Shown here piece after piece: positions 18,943-29,414 of a DNA stretch of 64,000 bases (position 1 is its first letter; the number at the start of each line of letters is the position of its first letter). The position numbers and the translations under genes were made by a program. The notes below the pieces were generated by a model, which was not told where the DNA came from, ran no database searches, and was given only the letters and a program-made list of their open reading frames with translations. The DNA comes from an uncultured Gemmatimonadales bacterium (lineage in GTDB: Bacteria; Gemmatimonadota; Gemmatimonadetes; Gemmatimonadales; Gemmatimonadaceae), in assembly GCA_963850905.1 (NCBI GenBank), contig CAWKMU010000004.1:480001-544000 (forward strand), in the 5' to 3' direction.

Positions 18943-20094
18943 ATGGAACTCTCGCGCCGCAAGTTCATTCATCTCGCCGGTGTCGGCGGCCTCGGCGCCT
19001 TGGCCGCTCCAAGTACGTCGCTCCGATTCGGGTCCGAGGAACTCGCATACCTGAGCGCCGGGCCGCGCAACGTCCCCGGCGCGCCAATGCGGCTCTCCAA
19101 CAACGAGAACCCCAACGGGCCGGGTAGGGCCGTCGTCGATGCGATTCGCGCTCGCGCCGCCGAGGTCTCGATGTATCCGTTCGAGCCCGGTGCCGAAATG
19201 CACCTGGCGATCGCGCGCTACCTCGAGGTGCCGGAAGTGAACGTGATGACGGCACTCGGATCCAGCGAGGTGCTCGAAGTTTGCATGAAGACCTTGGTCG
19301 GCCCGGATCGCCCCCTCGTGATCGGGACGCCATCGTACGACTACATCGGCCAGATGGCCGCGAGGCTGCATGTGCCGGTCCGCGCCGTCCCGCTCACGGC
19401 GAACCTCGAGCTCGACCTCGATCGCATGCTGGAAGCAGTCGACGGCGCCGGCATGGTCTACGTCTGCAATCCGAACAACCCGACGGCGACGGTACACCCA
19501 GCTGCGCATCTGCGCGATTTCGTCGACAAGGTCAATCAACGCGCACCGGCTGCGAAGATCATCATCGACGAGGCGTATATCGATTTCGCGGACGACCCGG
19601 CACAGATCAGCATGATTGCGACCGCGATCCAGAATCCGACCGTGATCGTCACCCGAACCTTCTCCAAGATTTTCGGGCTCGCCGGGCTGCGCCTGGGATA
19701 CGGGATCGCGCGCGAAGAGACATTGAAGCCCCTGATGCCGGAGCGCGTGTTCATCACCGCGCTCGGGAACTACCTGGCAGGCGTTTCGGCGGTCGCCACC
19801 CTGCCGGACCGCGCGCACTACGACTCGGAACGACGCCTCAATCGTGAGTCGCGCGAGTTCACGCAGAAAGCGCTCGCGAGCCTCGGGTATCCGAGTGGCG
19901 CCTCCGCCACCAACTTCATCTTCGTGCCGATCCGCCGCGATTCGAAGGACTTCGCCGACGCGTGCGCCAAGCACAACATCCTCGTGGGGCGCCCCTTCCC
20001 GCCACTCACACAATACGCACGGATCTCGATTTCGACGCTCGACAACATGAAGATCGCCGCCGACGTGTTCAAATCGGTACTGATCAACGTGTGA
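18943..20094 (+). CDS. Tat-exported histidinol-phosphate aminotransferase-like PLP enzyme (class I/II)
   Basis: SRRKFI Tat motif; LSNNENP, YVCNPNNPT, IDEAYIDF, RTFSKIFGLAGLRLGY. Confidence 0.9.
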   Translation: MELSRRKFIHLAGVGGLGALAAPSTSLRFGSEELAYLSAGPRNVPGAPMRLSNNENPNGPGRAVVDAIRARAAEVSMYPFEPGAEMHLAIARYLEVPEVNVMTALGSSEVLEVCMKTLVGPDRPLVIGTPSYDYIGQMAARLHVPVRAVPLTANLELDLDRMLEAVDGAGMVYVCNPNNPTATVHPAAHLRDFVDKVNQRAPAAKIIIDEAYIDFADDPAQISMIATAIQNPTVIVTRTFSKIFGLAGLRLGYGIAREETLKPLMPERVFITALGNYLAGVSAVATLPDRAHYDSERRLNRESREFTQKALASLGYPSGASATNFIFVPIRRDSKDFADACAKHNILVGRPFPPLTQYARISISTLDNMKIAADVFKSVLINV

Positions 20095-20648
20095 AACCAG
20101 CGCCACGGCGGCCAAGTCGCGAGGAGCTGATCGCGGCCGCCGGGCGCACCGTGCGGGATGTGATCCGGCCCGGGCTTCGCATCCTGTTCGCTGGGATCAA
20201 CCCTGGACTGTACTCCGCCGCCGTCGGGCATCATTTCGCGCGTCCGGGGAACCGGTTCTGGCCAGCGCTGTACGCTGCGGGACTCACCCCTCGTCTCGTC
20301 GCGCCGCACGAGGAGCATGAACTACTCGCGCTCGGGTACGGCGTCACCAACATCGTGGCCCGGTCCACCGCAACGGCCGTGGAGCTCTCGACGCCCGAGC
20401 TCACTCGCGGTGCGCTCTCTCTCCAGACAAAAGTGAGGCGCTATCATCCCCGCGTATTGGCCGTCCTCGGCGTGACAGCCTATCGCGCGGCGTTCAGCCG
20501 TCGGCACGCAGCGCTCGGCCGGCAGCCAGACACCATCGGGGACACCGTGATCTGGGTGCTGCCAAATCCGAGCGGTCTCAATGCACACTACACCCCGAAG
20601 GCCCTCGCGCCGCTCTTTCGCGCAGTGCGCAATGCCGTCGACGGTTGA
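20091..20648 (+). CDS. mug: G/U mismatch-specific DNA glycosylase
   Basis: GINPGLYSA, HHFARPGNRFW, VLPNPSGLNAH; GTGA overlap with the upstream gene. Confidence 0.93.
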   Translation: MKPAPRRPSREELIAAAGRTVRDVIRPGLRILFAGINPGLYSAAVGHHFARPGNRFWPALYAAGLTPRLVAPHEEHELLALGYGVTNIVARSTATAVELSTPELTRGALSLQTKVRRYHPRVLAVLGVTAYRAAFSRRHAALGRQPDTIGDTVIWVLPNPSGLNAHYTPKALAPLFRAVRNAVDG

Positions 20649-20650
20649 GA

Positions 20651-21250
20651 CTATCTGGGCCCGCCGTGCTGGCCAACGTTCGACATCTGCTGTTGCATCT
20701 CTTCTTCGCGCTTCGCCTCGTCCTCATGGATCTGAGCGACGTTGCGGTCGAACTGGTCGCGTTGAGGATCAGTCGAGAGAAGATTGCGAGCCGCGGCGAA
20801 TTCCCGATCACGCAGGTCCTTCGCCTGTTGCCGCAAACTGTCCATCCGCTGTCGATCGGGCCGCTCATGCGCGGCATGGGCGCTGTCGACCATCTGTTGG
20901 GCTTGCTCCCCCATCGGCTTGAACAGCTTGCTGTAGCCCCGCTCAATCTCAGGAAACGCGTCCTTCTGGTCCTTGGTGAGACCATCGATGTGTTTCACCG
21001 CATCCTTGAGCGAGGCGAGATCCTCGAAATGCTTCGAAACGTTCGGCGCGCTCGAGTTGGACGACGACTGCGAGCCGTGTCCGTGTCCGCCGTGCCCCCC
21101 TCCACCCATACCGCCCGGCGACCCAAAGCCGCCCATGCCGCCACCCTGCGCGGCCGCCATGATGGGTAATGCGGCGATGGTCACCAGCGCGACGAGCGCC
21201 ACCCTCACCGCGACGCGTACGTCTTGGGTCAGTCCGCGTGCGAACAACAT
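20651..21250 (-). CDS. Hypothetical secreted helical protein (Spy/CpxP-like architecture)
   Basis: Signal peptide, Gly/Met-rich N-terminus, LTKDQK and LLSTDPQRDQF motifs. Confidence 0.65.
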   Translation of the reverse strand: MLFARGLTQDVRVAVRVALVALVTIAALPIMAAAQGGGMGGFGSPGGMGGGGHGGHGHGSQSSSNSSAPNVSKHFEDLASLKDAVKHIDGLTKDQKDAFPEIERGYSKLFKPMGEQAQQMVDSAHAAHERPDRQRMDSLRQQAKDLRDREFAAARNLLSTDPQRDQFDRNVAQIHEDEAKREEEMQQQMSNVGQHGGPR

Positions 21251-21313
21251 CGAGAGCTCCCTGAGTTGATGATCCGCCGTTGCGAAACCCCGCCGGCGAC
21301 AGGTTTTGTCTTC

Positions 21314-21368
21314 TAGCGTCTAGCGTCTAACGTCTAGCGTCTGGTAGGGGCGACGCATTGCGTCGCCC
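21314..21368 (+). repeat. Heptamer tract (x4) abutting a GTAG REP
   Basis: tagcgtc tagcgtc taacgtc tagcgtc tg GTAGGGGCGACGCATTGCGTCGCCC. Confidence 0.9.
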
Positions 21369-21741
21369 TCCTGCGCCGCCCGTCTCAGCCGATAGTCAGC
21401 GTAACAGGACCACTAGCCCCCCAATTACCATTCGCGCGCGGCGCCGCAAACGTTGGGGGGTGGCCCGTGTCTGCCCCACAAACCTACATTTTGCGCCCCA
21501 TGCCCAGCCTCCGGCGAGTCGGCGCCTCGACCGGGGTGGCCGCATCGGCCGTCGCGATAGTCGCATTCGCCTGCGCGTCCGCATCCGCCACGCGATGTGG
21601 ACGGGCACCTGGCCCCTCGTCGTCTGGCTGTGAGCAGCGAAGCCCATCGTCAGAACAGCTCACTGCGCTTCAAGCACCGTGCGCGTTAATACTACGACCC
21701 GGAATAGGCATGTCGGATCATTGACCCCACGGGAGGGCGAA

Positions 21742-22599
21742 ATGCCAAACGTGATCGCGCAGGACCTGCGGAGCCACGTCGAGGTCGGTCACGAAAATTC
21801 CACCCCTATCGACCTCTACTACGAAGACCACGGATCCGGCTCGCCGGTGATTCTCATCCACGGCTATCCGCTGGATGGCGCCTCCTGGGAGAAGCAGATA
21901 CCGGCGCTCATTGCCACAGGTCACAGGGTGATCACGTACGACCGAAGGGGCTTCGGCAAATCGAGCCAACCAACGATTGGCTACGACTACGACACGTTCG
22001 CCGACGATCTGCATACGCTCGTCACGCACCTCGAGCTACGGGACTTTTCCCTGGTCGGATTCTCAATGGGCGGCGGCGAGGTCGCACGCTACTTCGGTAA
22101 GTACGGCGCCAATGGCGTACGCAAGGCGGTGATCCTCTCCGGCGTGCCGCCATACCTGCTCAAGACACCCGACAACCCCGAAGGGGTGGACAAGAGCGTG
22201 TTCGACGGAATCCAGGGCGCGATCACAAAGGACCGGTACGCGTTCTTCACCGACTTCTTCGCCAACTTCTACAACACCAATGTCCTGCTGGGAAAGCGTG
22301 TCACCCAGCAGACGGTCCAGTCCAGCTGGAACGTGGCGGCAGCATGCTCGGCGACGGCGACGCTGCAATGCGTTCCAGCGTGGTACACCGACTTCCGAAA
22401 AGACCTGACCCGCATCACGGTGCCGACACTCGTCATGCACGGGGACGCCGATCGCATTCTCCCCATCAGCGCGTCTGGCGCCAGAACGGCAAAGATGATC
22501 AAGGGTGCGAAGTACGTTGTGGTCAAGGATGGGCCGCACAACATCGCGTGGACCCACGCTGACATCGTGACACCGGAGCTCGTCAGCTTCCTCAAGTAG
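21742..22599 (+). CDS. Alpha/beta hydrolase, non-heme haloperoxidase/perhydrolase family
   Basis: LYYEDHG, LIHGYPL, YDRRGFGKS, GFSMGG, HGDADRILP, GPH. Confidence 0.93.
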   Translation: MPNVIAQDLRSHVEVGHENSTPIDLYYEDHGSGSPVILIHGYPLDGASWEKQIPALIATGHRVITYDRRGFGKSSQPTIGYDYDTFADDLHTLVTHLELRDFSLVGFSMGGGEVARYFGKYGANGVRKAVILSGVPPYLLKTPDNPEGVDKSVFDGIQGAITKDRYAFFTDFFANFYNTNVLLGKRVTQQTVQSSWNVAAACSATATLQCVPAWYTDFRKDLTRITVPTLVMHGDADRILPISASGARTAKMIKGAKYVVVKDGPHNIAWTHADIVTPELVSFLK

Positions 22600-22826
22600 G
22601 GCCCGAAGACGCCTGCACGTGCACGTTGCGCCGGTCCCGCGACTACGCCGTTGCGGGACCGGCGACGTGATGGGATATCGCCGCGTGTGCCGCGTTGGTT
22701 GCGAGAACGCGCGCCAAGTCGCATCATCGTCCCTGGTCTCCGGACGTTGTTACCACGCGTCAAATGCACCGCGAGCGGTGCCCCTGAATCCGTGACAACT
22801 CCGATCATATCGAACGAACCGGGGAG

Positions 22827-24272
22827 ATGAAGGCAATGACACAGTCGTTGATGACGCGTTGGCCGACGCCGCGCCGACTAGCGCACTTGCTCGGGCTAGC
22901 GGGCGTCGTGGCCGCAGCCCAGATGGCGGCAGGTCAGGCCGCGCCCGGATCGGGGCCGGACGCACTGCCCGGCGTGCTACCGGGCGTCAAGATCGGCGGA
23001 AGCTCCAACATCCACCTGGTCGGGCACGTGACACTCGGTGGCTATGACGCGGTGGACGACAATGAGATCGAGCAGGACCCGGATCGCCCGTATGCGTACG
23101 CGTCCCTTGGCGACATCGACCGGCCAGGTTTCGCGATCATCGATCTTCGCGACCTCAACAACGTGAAGCTGCTGTACCGGTGGCAGATCGAGAACGCGGC
23201 GCTCCACAAGACCATCCTCGGCGCGCCGGACGGCAAGTACTTCAAGCTCAACGGTCGCTACTACTACGTACAGACGTTCCAGTTCAACCAGGGCACACCC
23301 GACGCCGAGCTCGGGGCGGTCGTCGCAGATGTCACTGGGTTGCCCGATACCAGCAAGGTCAAGATCGTCGCCCGCATCCGTGAGCCACAGTACCCCGGTG
23401 GGTTTCACAACTCGTTCATCTACCGACACTCTGATGGACACGTCTATCTCGTCGTGACTGTTGGCGGCCCGTACGCCCAGGTCTACGACTTGGCCAAGGT
23501 GCTGTCGGTGAGCGACCCTGCGCAGTGGAAGGTCGCAGAGATTCCGGTGCCTCAGACCGAGTCCAACACGCGGTTGGGAATGTCCGGGTATCACGATTTC
23601 TACCTAGCGTACGATCCTGGTGGGCATCTGGACAAGTTCTACGGAGCCGGCCGCGGCGGGTATTACGTCTACGACATCAGCGACATCCACCAGCCAAAGC
23701 TTCTGACGTCCATCACTGGCTCGGCCGGCATTTCATCCGGGCACACGATTACGCCGACGCCCGACGGCCGCTACGTCGTGACCGAGACGGAATACCAGTT
23801 CGCACCGCTCCGGATCTTCGATCTCCAGCCCGGTCTCGAGGGGAAGGTACAGAGCATCACCCGTCCGATCGGCGCGTGGAACGCGGACTGGCACGATCTC
23901 GTCCACAACCACGAGGTTCGCTGGCCTTTTGTCTTCGTGTCGGGATACGAAGATGGGTTACAGGTGTTCAGCATGTACGACCCCACACATCCGGTGAGTG
24001 TCGGGTGGTACTACACCTGTCAGTGCGCCCACGAGATCGACCCCCAAGGGTCAGACCGCTGGGGCGTGGACCAGGGGGCCTGGGGTATCGACGTCCGGAA
24101 CCGGGATGGCTTGATCATGATCAGCGACGGCGATACCGGCGTGTGGTTCTTCAAGATGGATGGCTTCAACGGCTGGAATGGCCACGATTGGGGCGTGCCC
24201 AACATCTCCAGCGTCCAGGACTACGATCACGGGCCGGAAGGCGCGACGACTCCGGCCAAGCCGGCGGCGTAA
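22827..24272 (+). CDS. Secreted LVIVD-like beta-propeller protein of unknown function
   Basis: Signal peptide; blades ending in IDLRD/YDISD/FDLQP; His motifs FHN, YHD, GHT, HNHE. Confidence 0.8.
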   Translation: MKAMTQSLMTRWPTPRRLAHLLGLAGVVAAAQMAAGQAAPGSGPDALPGVLPGVKIGGSSNIHLVGHVTLGGYDAVDDNEIEQDPDRPYAYASLGDIDRPGFAIIDLRDLNNVKLLYRWQIENAALHKTILGAPDGKYFKLNGRYYYVQTFQFNQGTPDAELGAVVADVTGLPDTSKVKIVARIREPQYPGGFHNSFIYRHSDGHVYLVVTVGGPYAQVYDLAKVLSVSDPAQWKVAEIPVPQTESNTRLGMSGYHDFYLAYDPGGHLDKFYGAGRGGYYVYDISDIHQPKLLTSITGSAGISSGHTITPTPDGRYVVTETEYQFAPLRIFDLQPGLEGKVQSITRPIGAWNADWHDLVHNHEVRWPFVFVSGYEDGLQVFSMYDPTHPVSVGWYYTCQCAHEIDPQGSDRWGVDQGAWGIDVRNRDGLIMISDGDTGVWFFKMDGFNGWNGHDWGVPNISSVQDYDHGPEGATTPAKPAA

Positions 24273-24286
24273 ACCGCCGTGTCTCC

Positions 24287-24312
24287 CAACAGGCGCCCTT
24301 CGGCGCCTGTTG
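24287..24312. terminator. Hairpin between convergent genes
   Basis: CAACAGGCGCC-CTTC-GGCGCCTGTTG. Confidence 0.6.
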
Positions 24313-24314
24313 GG

Positions 24315-24953
24315 TTACACCGCGGCTTTCGCCCCCTTGCACCGCGTCCGCAGCATGGTATCGGCGTAGTCGAGCAGTGAAGGCTGCGCGCCTCTCGGAG
24401 TCATGAAGTCCCGCGTGCCGGCATTCCGCCTGGAGCCGTACTGCTGCGCCAGCGTGGCATCGTTGTGGACCGCCCACCACTCATTGCACTCGTCGGTCCG
24501 TGCGGCAAGCACGGCTTCCGTGCGGGCGCGATAATAAAAGGACACCGAGAGGAAGAAGTTCGTCTCTGCCGTCGACCGCACCGAGTCGGACAACGACAAG
24601 TATCGGATCGCCATACTCAGCGAGTCGACGTGGGTGTTGAGATTCCGCGAGCTCAGGGAATCGAGTCGCGGGGCGATGTTCATTAGGCGGAACAGGCGGT
24701 TGCCTTCGATCAGCGCGTACCGCGAGACGTCGTCCGAGTCTTCCCGCGACGCGGAGAAGAGCACGGCCCGTAGCGTCGTATAGGCGGAGTCCGGCCGCCG
24801 CTTCAGCTGCTCGTTGTACGTCCTGAGCAGCCCCTCCACGGCCGCTGGATCCTGTTGCACGACCTGAGCGTGCACTCGAGCAGTGGAGCCGATCCCCCCA
24901 ATTCCCATGCACACAACCAAGCTCGCGATCTGCTGCACTCGTGCCAGCGGCAT
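24315..24953 (-). CDS. Hypothetical secreted protein
   Basis: GAGG RBS, signal-peptide-like N-terminus ending VHA-Q; helical, with two Cys near the C-terminus. Confidence 0.6.
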   Translation of the reverse strand: MPLARVQQIASLVVCMGIGGIGSTARVHAQVVQQDPAAVEGLLRTYNEQLKRRPDSAYTTLRAVLFSASREDSDDVSRYALIEGNRLFRLMNIAPRLDSLSSRNLNTHVDSLSMAIRYLSLSDSVRSTAETNFFLSVSFYYRARTEAVLAARTDECNEWWAVHNDATLAQQYGSRRNAGTRDFMTPRGAQPSLLDYADTMLRTRCKGAKAAV

Positions 24954-25077
24954 GGTACGGCCTCGCTCCGGTGCCCTGTTCGGGTTATCACTGCGTGACT
25001 CGCCACGAACCCTGGCTCGACCGAAGGCCGAAGCCACCCATCCGATCACAAACGACCTGAATTCTAGGTGGCCGAAG

Positions 25078-25203
25078 AGGCAGGTGAAAGGAGACAGAAG
25101 TCTGCCCTTGTGTACCAACTCTCTCGGCCACCCAAGCTCTTCGTCTCCTTTCTCCTTTCTGGTTCGCTCCTCTCTAATTTGAGCGGCCGTGCCGCTAAAA
25201 TTC
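25078..25203 (+). repeat. Dispersed TCTCT-hairpin element, copy 2 (full composite form)
   Basis: AAAGGAGAC...GTCTCCTTT inverted arms, then AATTTGAGCGGC-CGT-GCCGCTAAAATT; aligns without gaps to 58587-58664. Confidence 0.8.
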
Positions 25204-26805
25204 GGGTATCTCCCCGGGGATGTAATCAGGCAATCCGCCAGCCGGAAAGAAGCCGAGCAGCGCCAGTCCGGCAAGCGCGAAACACGAAACTTTGAGCGCG
25301 ACAAGCCTCGTCTCCGTGTTGATGCGCTCGAGCTCGACCACCTGTCCGGGTGTCGCATCCGTCTGCTGAAAGCTCGCCCGCAACTGGTTGTTGCTGATGA
25401 ACGGGATATCGTCGAGGTTCATCTCGACCTTCAGCTCGTTCGGGATCACGACGTTGTCGGCCAGCTCACGATGCACACTCGTCCCAAGCACCGCGACGAC
25501 CAACGCACCCACCACTGCGGTCCCTACGCCCGAGGCGAGGTTGTTGGCAACGCCGCGCAGCGAGCCGACATCTCCGGCCAGAGTCTTGGGCGAAGCCGAT
25601 ACGAGGACGTTGAACAGCAGGGTCATGAGCGCGCCCTCGCCAAGCCCCGCGAGCGCCATACTGATGATCACGGCAATCGTGCTCCAATCGTTTCGGATGA
25701 CGACGCCGAGCATCGCAACGCCGGCTGACAGGACCAGGAACGCATAACGGGCAATGCGCTGGGGACTCACACGATCGAAGAGTCGTACCACGAGGACCGC
25801 GGCCACGAAGCTCGATAGCGAATAGGGTATGACCGCCACGGCGGTCTGCAGCCCGCTCCGTCCTTGCACCACCTGGATGTAGAGCGGGACCAGGAACGTG
25901 ATGGCCGACCCAAGTGCTCCGACGATGAATAGGCACAGTGTGGCAAATCGTTCTTTGGGAGTCTCCAGCACCTCGAGCGCGAGCAGCGGAGGTTCGCCGA
26001 GCCGCTGGCGTCGCTCAGACCAGGCAAAGAACGCTTGACCGAGAAAAACGCCGCAGATGATCATGATCGGCGCGGGCGACATGTCCACGACGCTGAACGG
26101 CGCTCGAGGTCCAGCGAGCAGCGCGCCCCAATGCGTCAGGTTGTTGGCGCCGATGCTGATCAGGAGCACAGCGGCAGCGGAGAGCACCACGCCAATGGCG
26201 TCGATGCGTACCCCCGAGCGGCCCTGAACCGGTTTGAGCTTGGCGCTGAGAATCCAAACGACCGCCGAGAGCACAACGAGCAGGCCGAATGTGAAACGCC
26301 ATCCCGCGAGCGTGGCCAGCGCTCCGGCGATCAAGAAGGCCAGCACGATCCCCGCCGGCAGTGCCCCCGCCAGCCATCCCAGCGCCTTCTGCTGTTGGTC
26401 GCCTCTGTAGTTGTCAGCAACGAGCACGACGAGCGTGGGAACGAGAGCGGCCGCGGCGGCGCCAGCAATGACCTGAGCCAGGATCACGACCCCGATGCCG
26501 CGACTCAACAGCATGAGCGCCATCGCCCCGCCGAAGAACCCGATCGCCGTGCGAAACACGCGGCGCGAGCCGAACGCCTGACCGAGCTTCGCCCCCAGCA
26601 TGATGAAGCCCGCGACCACCAGCGAATACGTCACGATCGCTGTGCCCAGGACGGTCGCAGGAACATTGAAACTGGAGACAATGCCTTCGATCGACACCTG
26701 AAGTGTCGAGACGTTGAAGATGAGGAGGATCTGTGCCATGGCGATCACAACCATCGGCAACCACGACGCACTCGGCTGGCGATCTGCAGTCGATTCCGTG
26801 TTCAT
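25195..26805 (-). CDS. MFS transporter (DHA2/EmrB-like)
   Basis: Many hydrophobic helices; GAKLGQAFGSRR motif A, GWRFTF. Confidence 0.9.
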   Translation of the reverse strand: MNTESTADRQPSASWLPMVVIAMAQILLIFNVSTLQVSIEGIVSSFNVPATVLGTAIVTYSLVVAGFIMLGAKLGQAFGSRRVFRTAIGFFGGAMALMLLSRGIGVVILAQVIAGAAAAALVPTLVVLVADNYRGDQQQKALGWLAGALPAGIVLAFLIAGALATLAGWRFTFGLLVVLSAVVWILSAKLKPVQGRSGVRIDAIGVVLSAAAVLLISIGANNLTHWGALLAGPRAPFSVVDMSPAPIMIICGVFLGQAFFAWSERRQRLGEPPLLALEVLETPKERFATLCLFIVGALGSAITFLVPLYIQVVQGRSGLQTAVAVIPYSLSSFVAAVLVVRLFDRVSPQRIARYAFLVLSAGVAMLGVVIRNDWSTIAVIISMALAGLGEGALMTLLFNVLVSASPKTLAGDVGSLRGVANNLASGVGTAVVGALVVAVLGTSVHRELADNVVIPNELKVEMNLDDIPFISNNQLRASFQQTDATPGQVVELERINTETRLVALKVSCFALAGLALLGFFPAGGLPDYIPGEIPEF

Positions 26806-27095
26806 CAGTCGTCGGGTTCTGCGTCCACTCGAGCGCGGACCTGGCGCGGCAGGATGCGGCTCGGCATTTGAGTGCCCAGGAGCAGTGCAGGCACTAGCAG
26901 GGGTCGCGCACCTGCCCTGCCGGTCCGAGCGGTTCGGCCACAGCCGGATCAACATCCGTGCCCCGTCGTGCGGCCACGCTCGCAATGGATTCCGGATTCA
27001 TCAGTATGTCGTCCTCGCTTTCGCTGTGCTCGCCGGTACTGCTGTCGTACTCGGCAGGCTCTTCGAGTGCACAGCCGCGCCGGCTCGCCATTGCC

Positions 27096-28289
27096 TCACG
27101 GGAGCGCAACGACTTCGTTCTCCTCCGGGATCGCCCGTCGCCGCGGGATGGTTGGATGCGTGTTCTCCTCGAAGACCTGGCCTGACCCCAGGTCAGTGTA
27201 CGATCGCAGCACGTACGGTATCCCCTCGGAAGCGAATACCGCTGGGCCGTCCGTGATCTGAAAGTGAAGATGAGGAGCCGTGGTCTGGCCACTGTTCCCG
27301 AGCAGTGCGATCACGTCGCCGCTCGAGACGTGCTGCCCCATGTGCACTCGGACGCTGCCGAGCTTCAGGTGAGCGTAGGTCGCGTACTGTCCCGAGGCGA
27401 TGCGGATCGTCACGAGATTCCCGGCAATGTTCCCGAGTGTGATCGGCGGCAGTGGCGAATGCGGCGCATTGTCAGGGATGCTGTCCACGACGGCTACCAC
27501 CTGGCCACCAGCAACAGTCTGGACGAACTGCCCAAACCCCCAATAGCTCTCGTTCCGGTGTTCGTCCCCGCGGTGCGTATCGCCATTCGGCCCGACCATG
27601 TTCCAGTCGATTGCGAACCGCTGCGCGAGCCACACGCGCCCACTGACCGCCACGATGGAGCGCCGATGGTCGGAGCTGTTCGATGGGCCGCTCGCCGCCA
27701 CCCATTGGCCACCACGAACCGGCGCCGTCACGACCGGTGCGGCTCCAGGCTGCACGGCCACCACGATGCTGTCGATCGCCGCCCGCGCGCCATGGTCGCT
27801 CCGCATGCTGCTTGAATCGAGAATGTCGAAGACCAGGCGGTGGCGCAGCGCCGCAGGGACCGCCCGCGTGTTCGGGATCGGCAACCAGACAAAGGCCACA
27901 GTCCGACAACCTGGCTGAAGACGGCTGCTGCTGTCCCCCGTCATCGACCCAGCCGGCGCCACCATGGCGCGCAGCGCAGTGTCTCGATACGCGGCCAGCA
28001 GCGTTTCTGGGCTGGCGACGTCCATGATGTCGAGCTCGCGGAGACGCAACGGCCCCGGGGCGAAGTTCGTGATGTGCAGCTCATAGACGAGCACTCGCTG
28101 CGTATCGACGGCGACCGGTATCGGCGCCTTCGGCACGACGACTTCGACACGCGCCTGCCGCGCCGCGATTTGCGCGAACGCCTGCTGCGGAGCAATGCCG
28201 GTCAGCGCCACGAATATCCCCGCGGGAAGCGTCACTGTCTTGCGCCACGCAGGCGCCACTCGGTTGTCGAGCAGCTCTCTATGATGCAT
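27096..28289 (-). CDS. Secreted M23 family metallopeptidase
   Basis: HRR...RFAIDW, YAHLK, LGNSG.TTAPHLHF. Confidence 0.9.
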   Translation of the reverse strand: MHHRELLDNRVAPAWRKTVTLPAGIFVALTGIAPQQAFAQIAARQARVEVVVPKAPIPVAVDTQRVLVYELHITNFAPGPLRLRELDIMDVASPETLLAAYRDTALRAMVAPAGSMTGDSSSRLQPGCRTVAFVWLPIPNTRAVPAALRHRLVFDILDSSSMRSDHGARAAIDSIVVAVQPGAAPVVTAPVRGGQWVAASGPSNSSDHRRSIVAVSGRVWLAQRFAIDWNMVGPNGDTHRGDEHRNESYWGFGQFVQTVAGGQVVAVVDSIPDNAPHSPLPPITLGNIAGNLVTIRIASGQYATYAHLKLGSVRVHMGQHVSSGDVIALLGNSGQTTAPHLHFQITDGPAVFASEGIPYVLRSYTDLGSGQVFEENTHPTIPRRRAIPEENEVVALP

Positions 28290-28361
28290 GTGCGTCTCGC
28301 TGTGCGAAGATCTCAGGGGTGAACGGTGCGGAGCGACCGGCCGAGTGTGCGCAGGCGGTCG

Positions 28362-29390
28362 CTACGCCGTGCGCAGATCCCGGAACCGGGATCGGTAGTC
28401 GTTCGGCGACACCTGGAGCACGCGCGAGAACGACCGCCTGAGGCTCTGGATGGAACCGAACCCGCAGTCGCTGGCGATCTTTTCCAGCTTGTCAGGGGAC
28501 TCCTCGAGCCTGCGGCGCGCCGCCTCGACACGGAGGCGCTCGACGAATTGTGCGGGTGTCGTACCCGTATCCTTGTGAAATACGCGCGCGAAATGTCGAG
28601 GACTCATTCCTGCCTGCGCCGCCAGCTGATCGACCCGCAATTCGCGGTGGAGGTTATCGAGGACCCAGGACCGGACGTCGGCGATTTGCTTGCGGTCGGA
28701 TGCTTGAAGCGCGAGCGCGGCGCTGTACTGCGACTGCCCACCCGCTCGCCGCAGATGCAGCACCATCTCGCGGGCTACGCCGAGCGCGAGCGACGATCCG
28801 AGATCTTCCTCGACCAGCGCGAGCGCGAGATCCATCCCCGCGGTGACGCCGGCCGTCGTATAGGTATTCCCGTCCCGGATGTAGATGGGATCGGGATCGA
28901 CCGTCGCTCGCGTATACTGGGTCGCGAGGTCGCCGGCCCATTTCCAGTGGGTGACGGCGCGTTTGCCGTCGAGCAGCCCGGCCGCACCGAGGAGAAACGC
29001 GCCGGTACAGACGGATCCGATTCGGCGGACCCGGGGCGTGACTTTCCGAAGCCATTCGACGAGCTCCGGATCCTGCCCGGCCTCCTGCACCCCGGTGCCA
29101 CCTGCGACGAGGAGCGTGTCGATCGCACCGCGCAGTTGACGGTATGGCGTGCCCCCTGCGAGCTCGAGGCCACAGTTCGTGCTGACGGAGGCGCGGCGTG
29201 TCGTGCTGGCGAGGACCACTGTGTACGGCGCGGGTTGCCCCGGGTGGGCCTTGGCGTAGAGCTCGGCCGCCCGCACGAAGATCTGGAACGGACCGGCGAC
29301 ATCGAGGATCTGCGTATTGGGCGCGGCGAGGAAGACAATCGTCTTCCCCCGACCTTTCGGTGCCCGTCGTTTCGAGAGGGATGCGGTCAT
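28362..29390 (-). CDS. GlxA family transcriptional regulator (DJ-1/PfpI plus AraC HTH)
   Basis: LDVAGP, SVCTGAFLL, THW, TAGVTAGMDL, RRAGGQSQYS, MSPRHFAR, CGFGS. Confidence 0.95.
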   Translation of the reverse strand: MTASLSKRRAPKGRGKTIVFLAAPNTQILDVAGPFQIFVRAAELYAKAHPGQPAPYTVVLASTTRRASVSTNCGLELAGGTPYRQLRGAIDTLLVAGGTGVQEAGQDPELVEWLRKVTPRVRRIGSVCTGAFLLGAAGLLDGKRAVTHWKWAGDLATQYTRATVDPDPIYIRDGNTYTTAGVTAGMDLALALVEEDLGSSLALGVAREMVLHLRRAGGQSQYSAALALQASDRKQIADVRSWVLDNLHRELRVDQLAAQAGMSPRHFARVFHKDTGTTPAQFVERLRVEAARRRLEESPDKLEKIASDCGFGSIQSLRRSFSRVLQVSPNDYRSRFRDLRTA

Positions 29391-29414
29391 ACGTCGGACG
29401 CTAGCGGCGGAACA

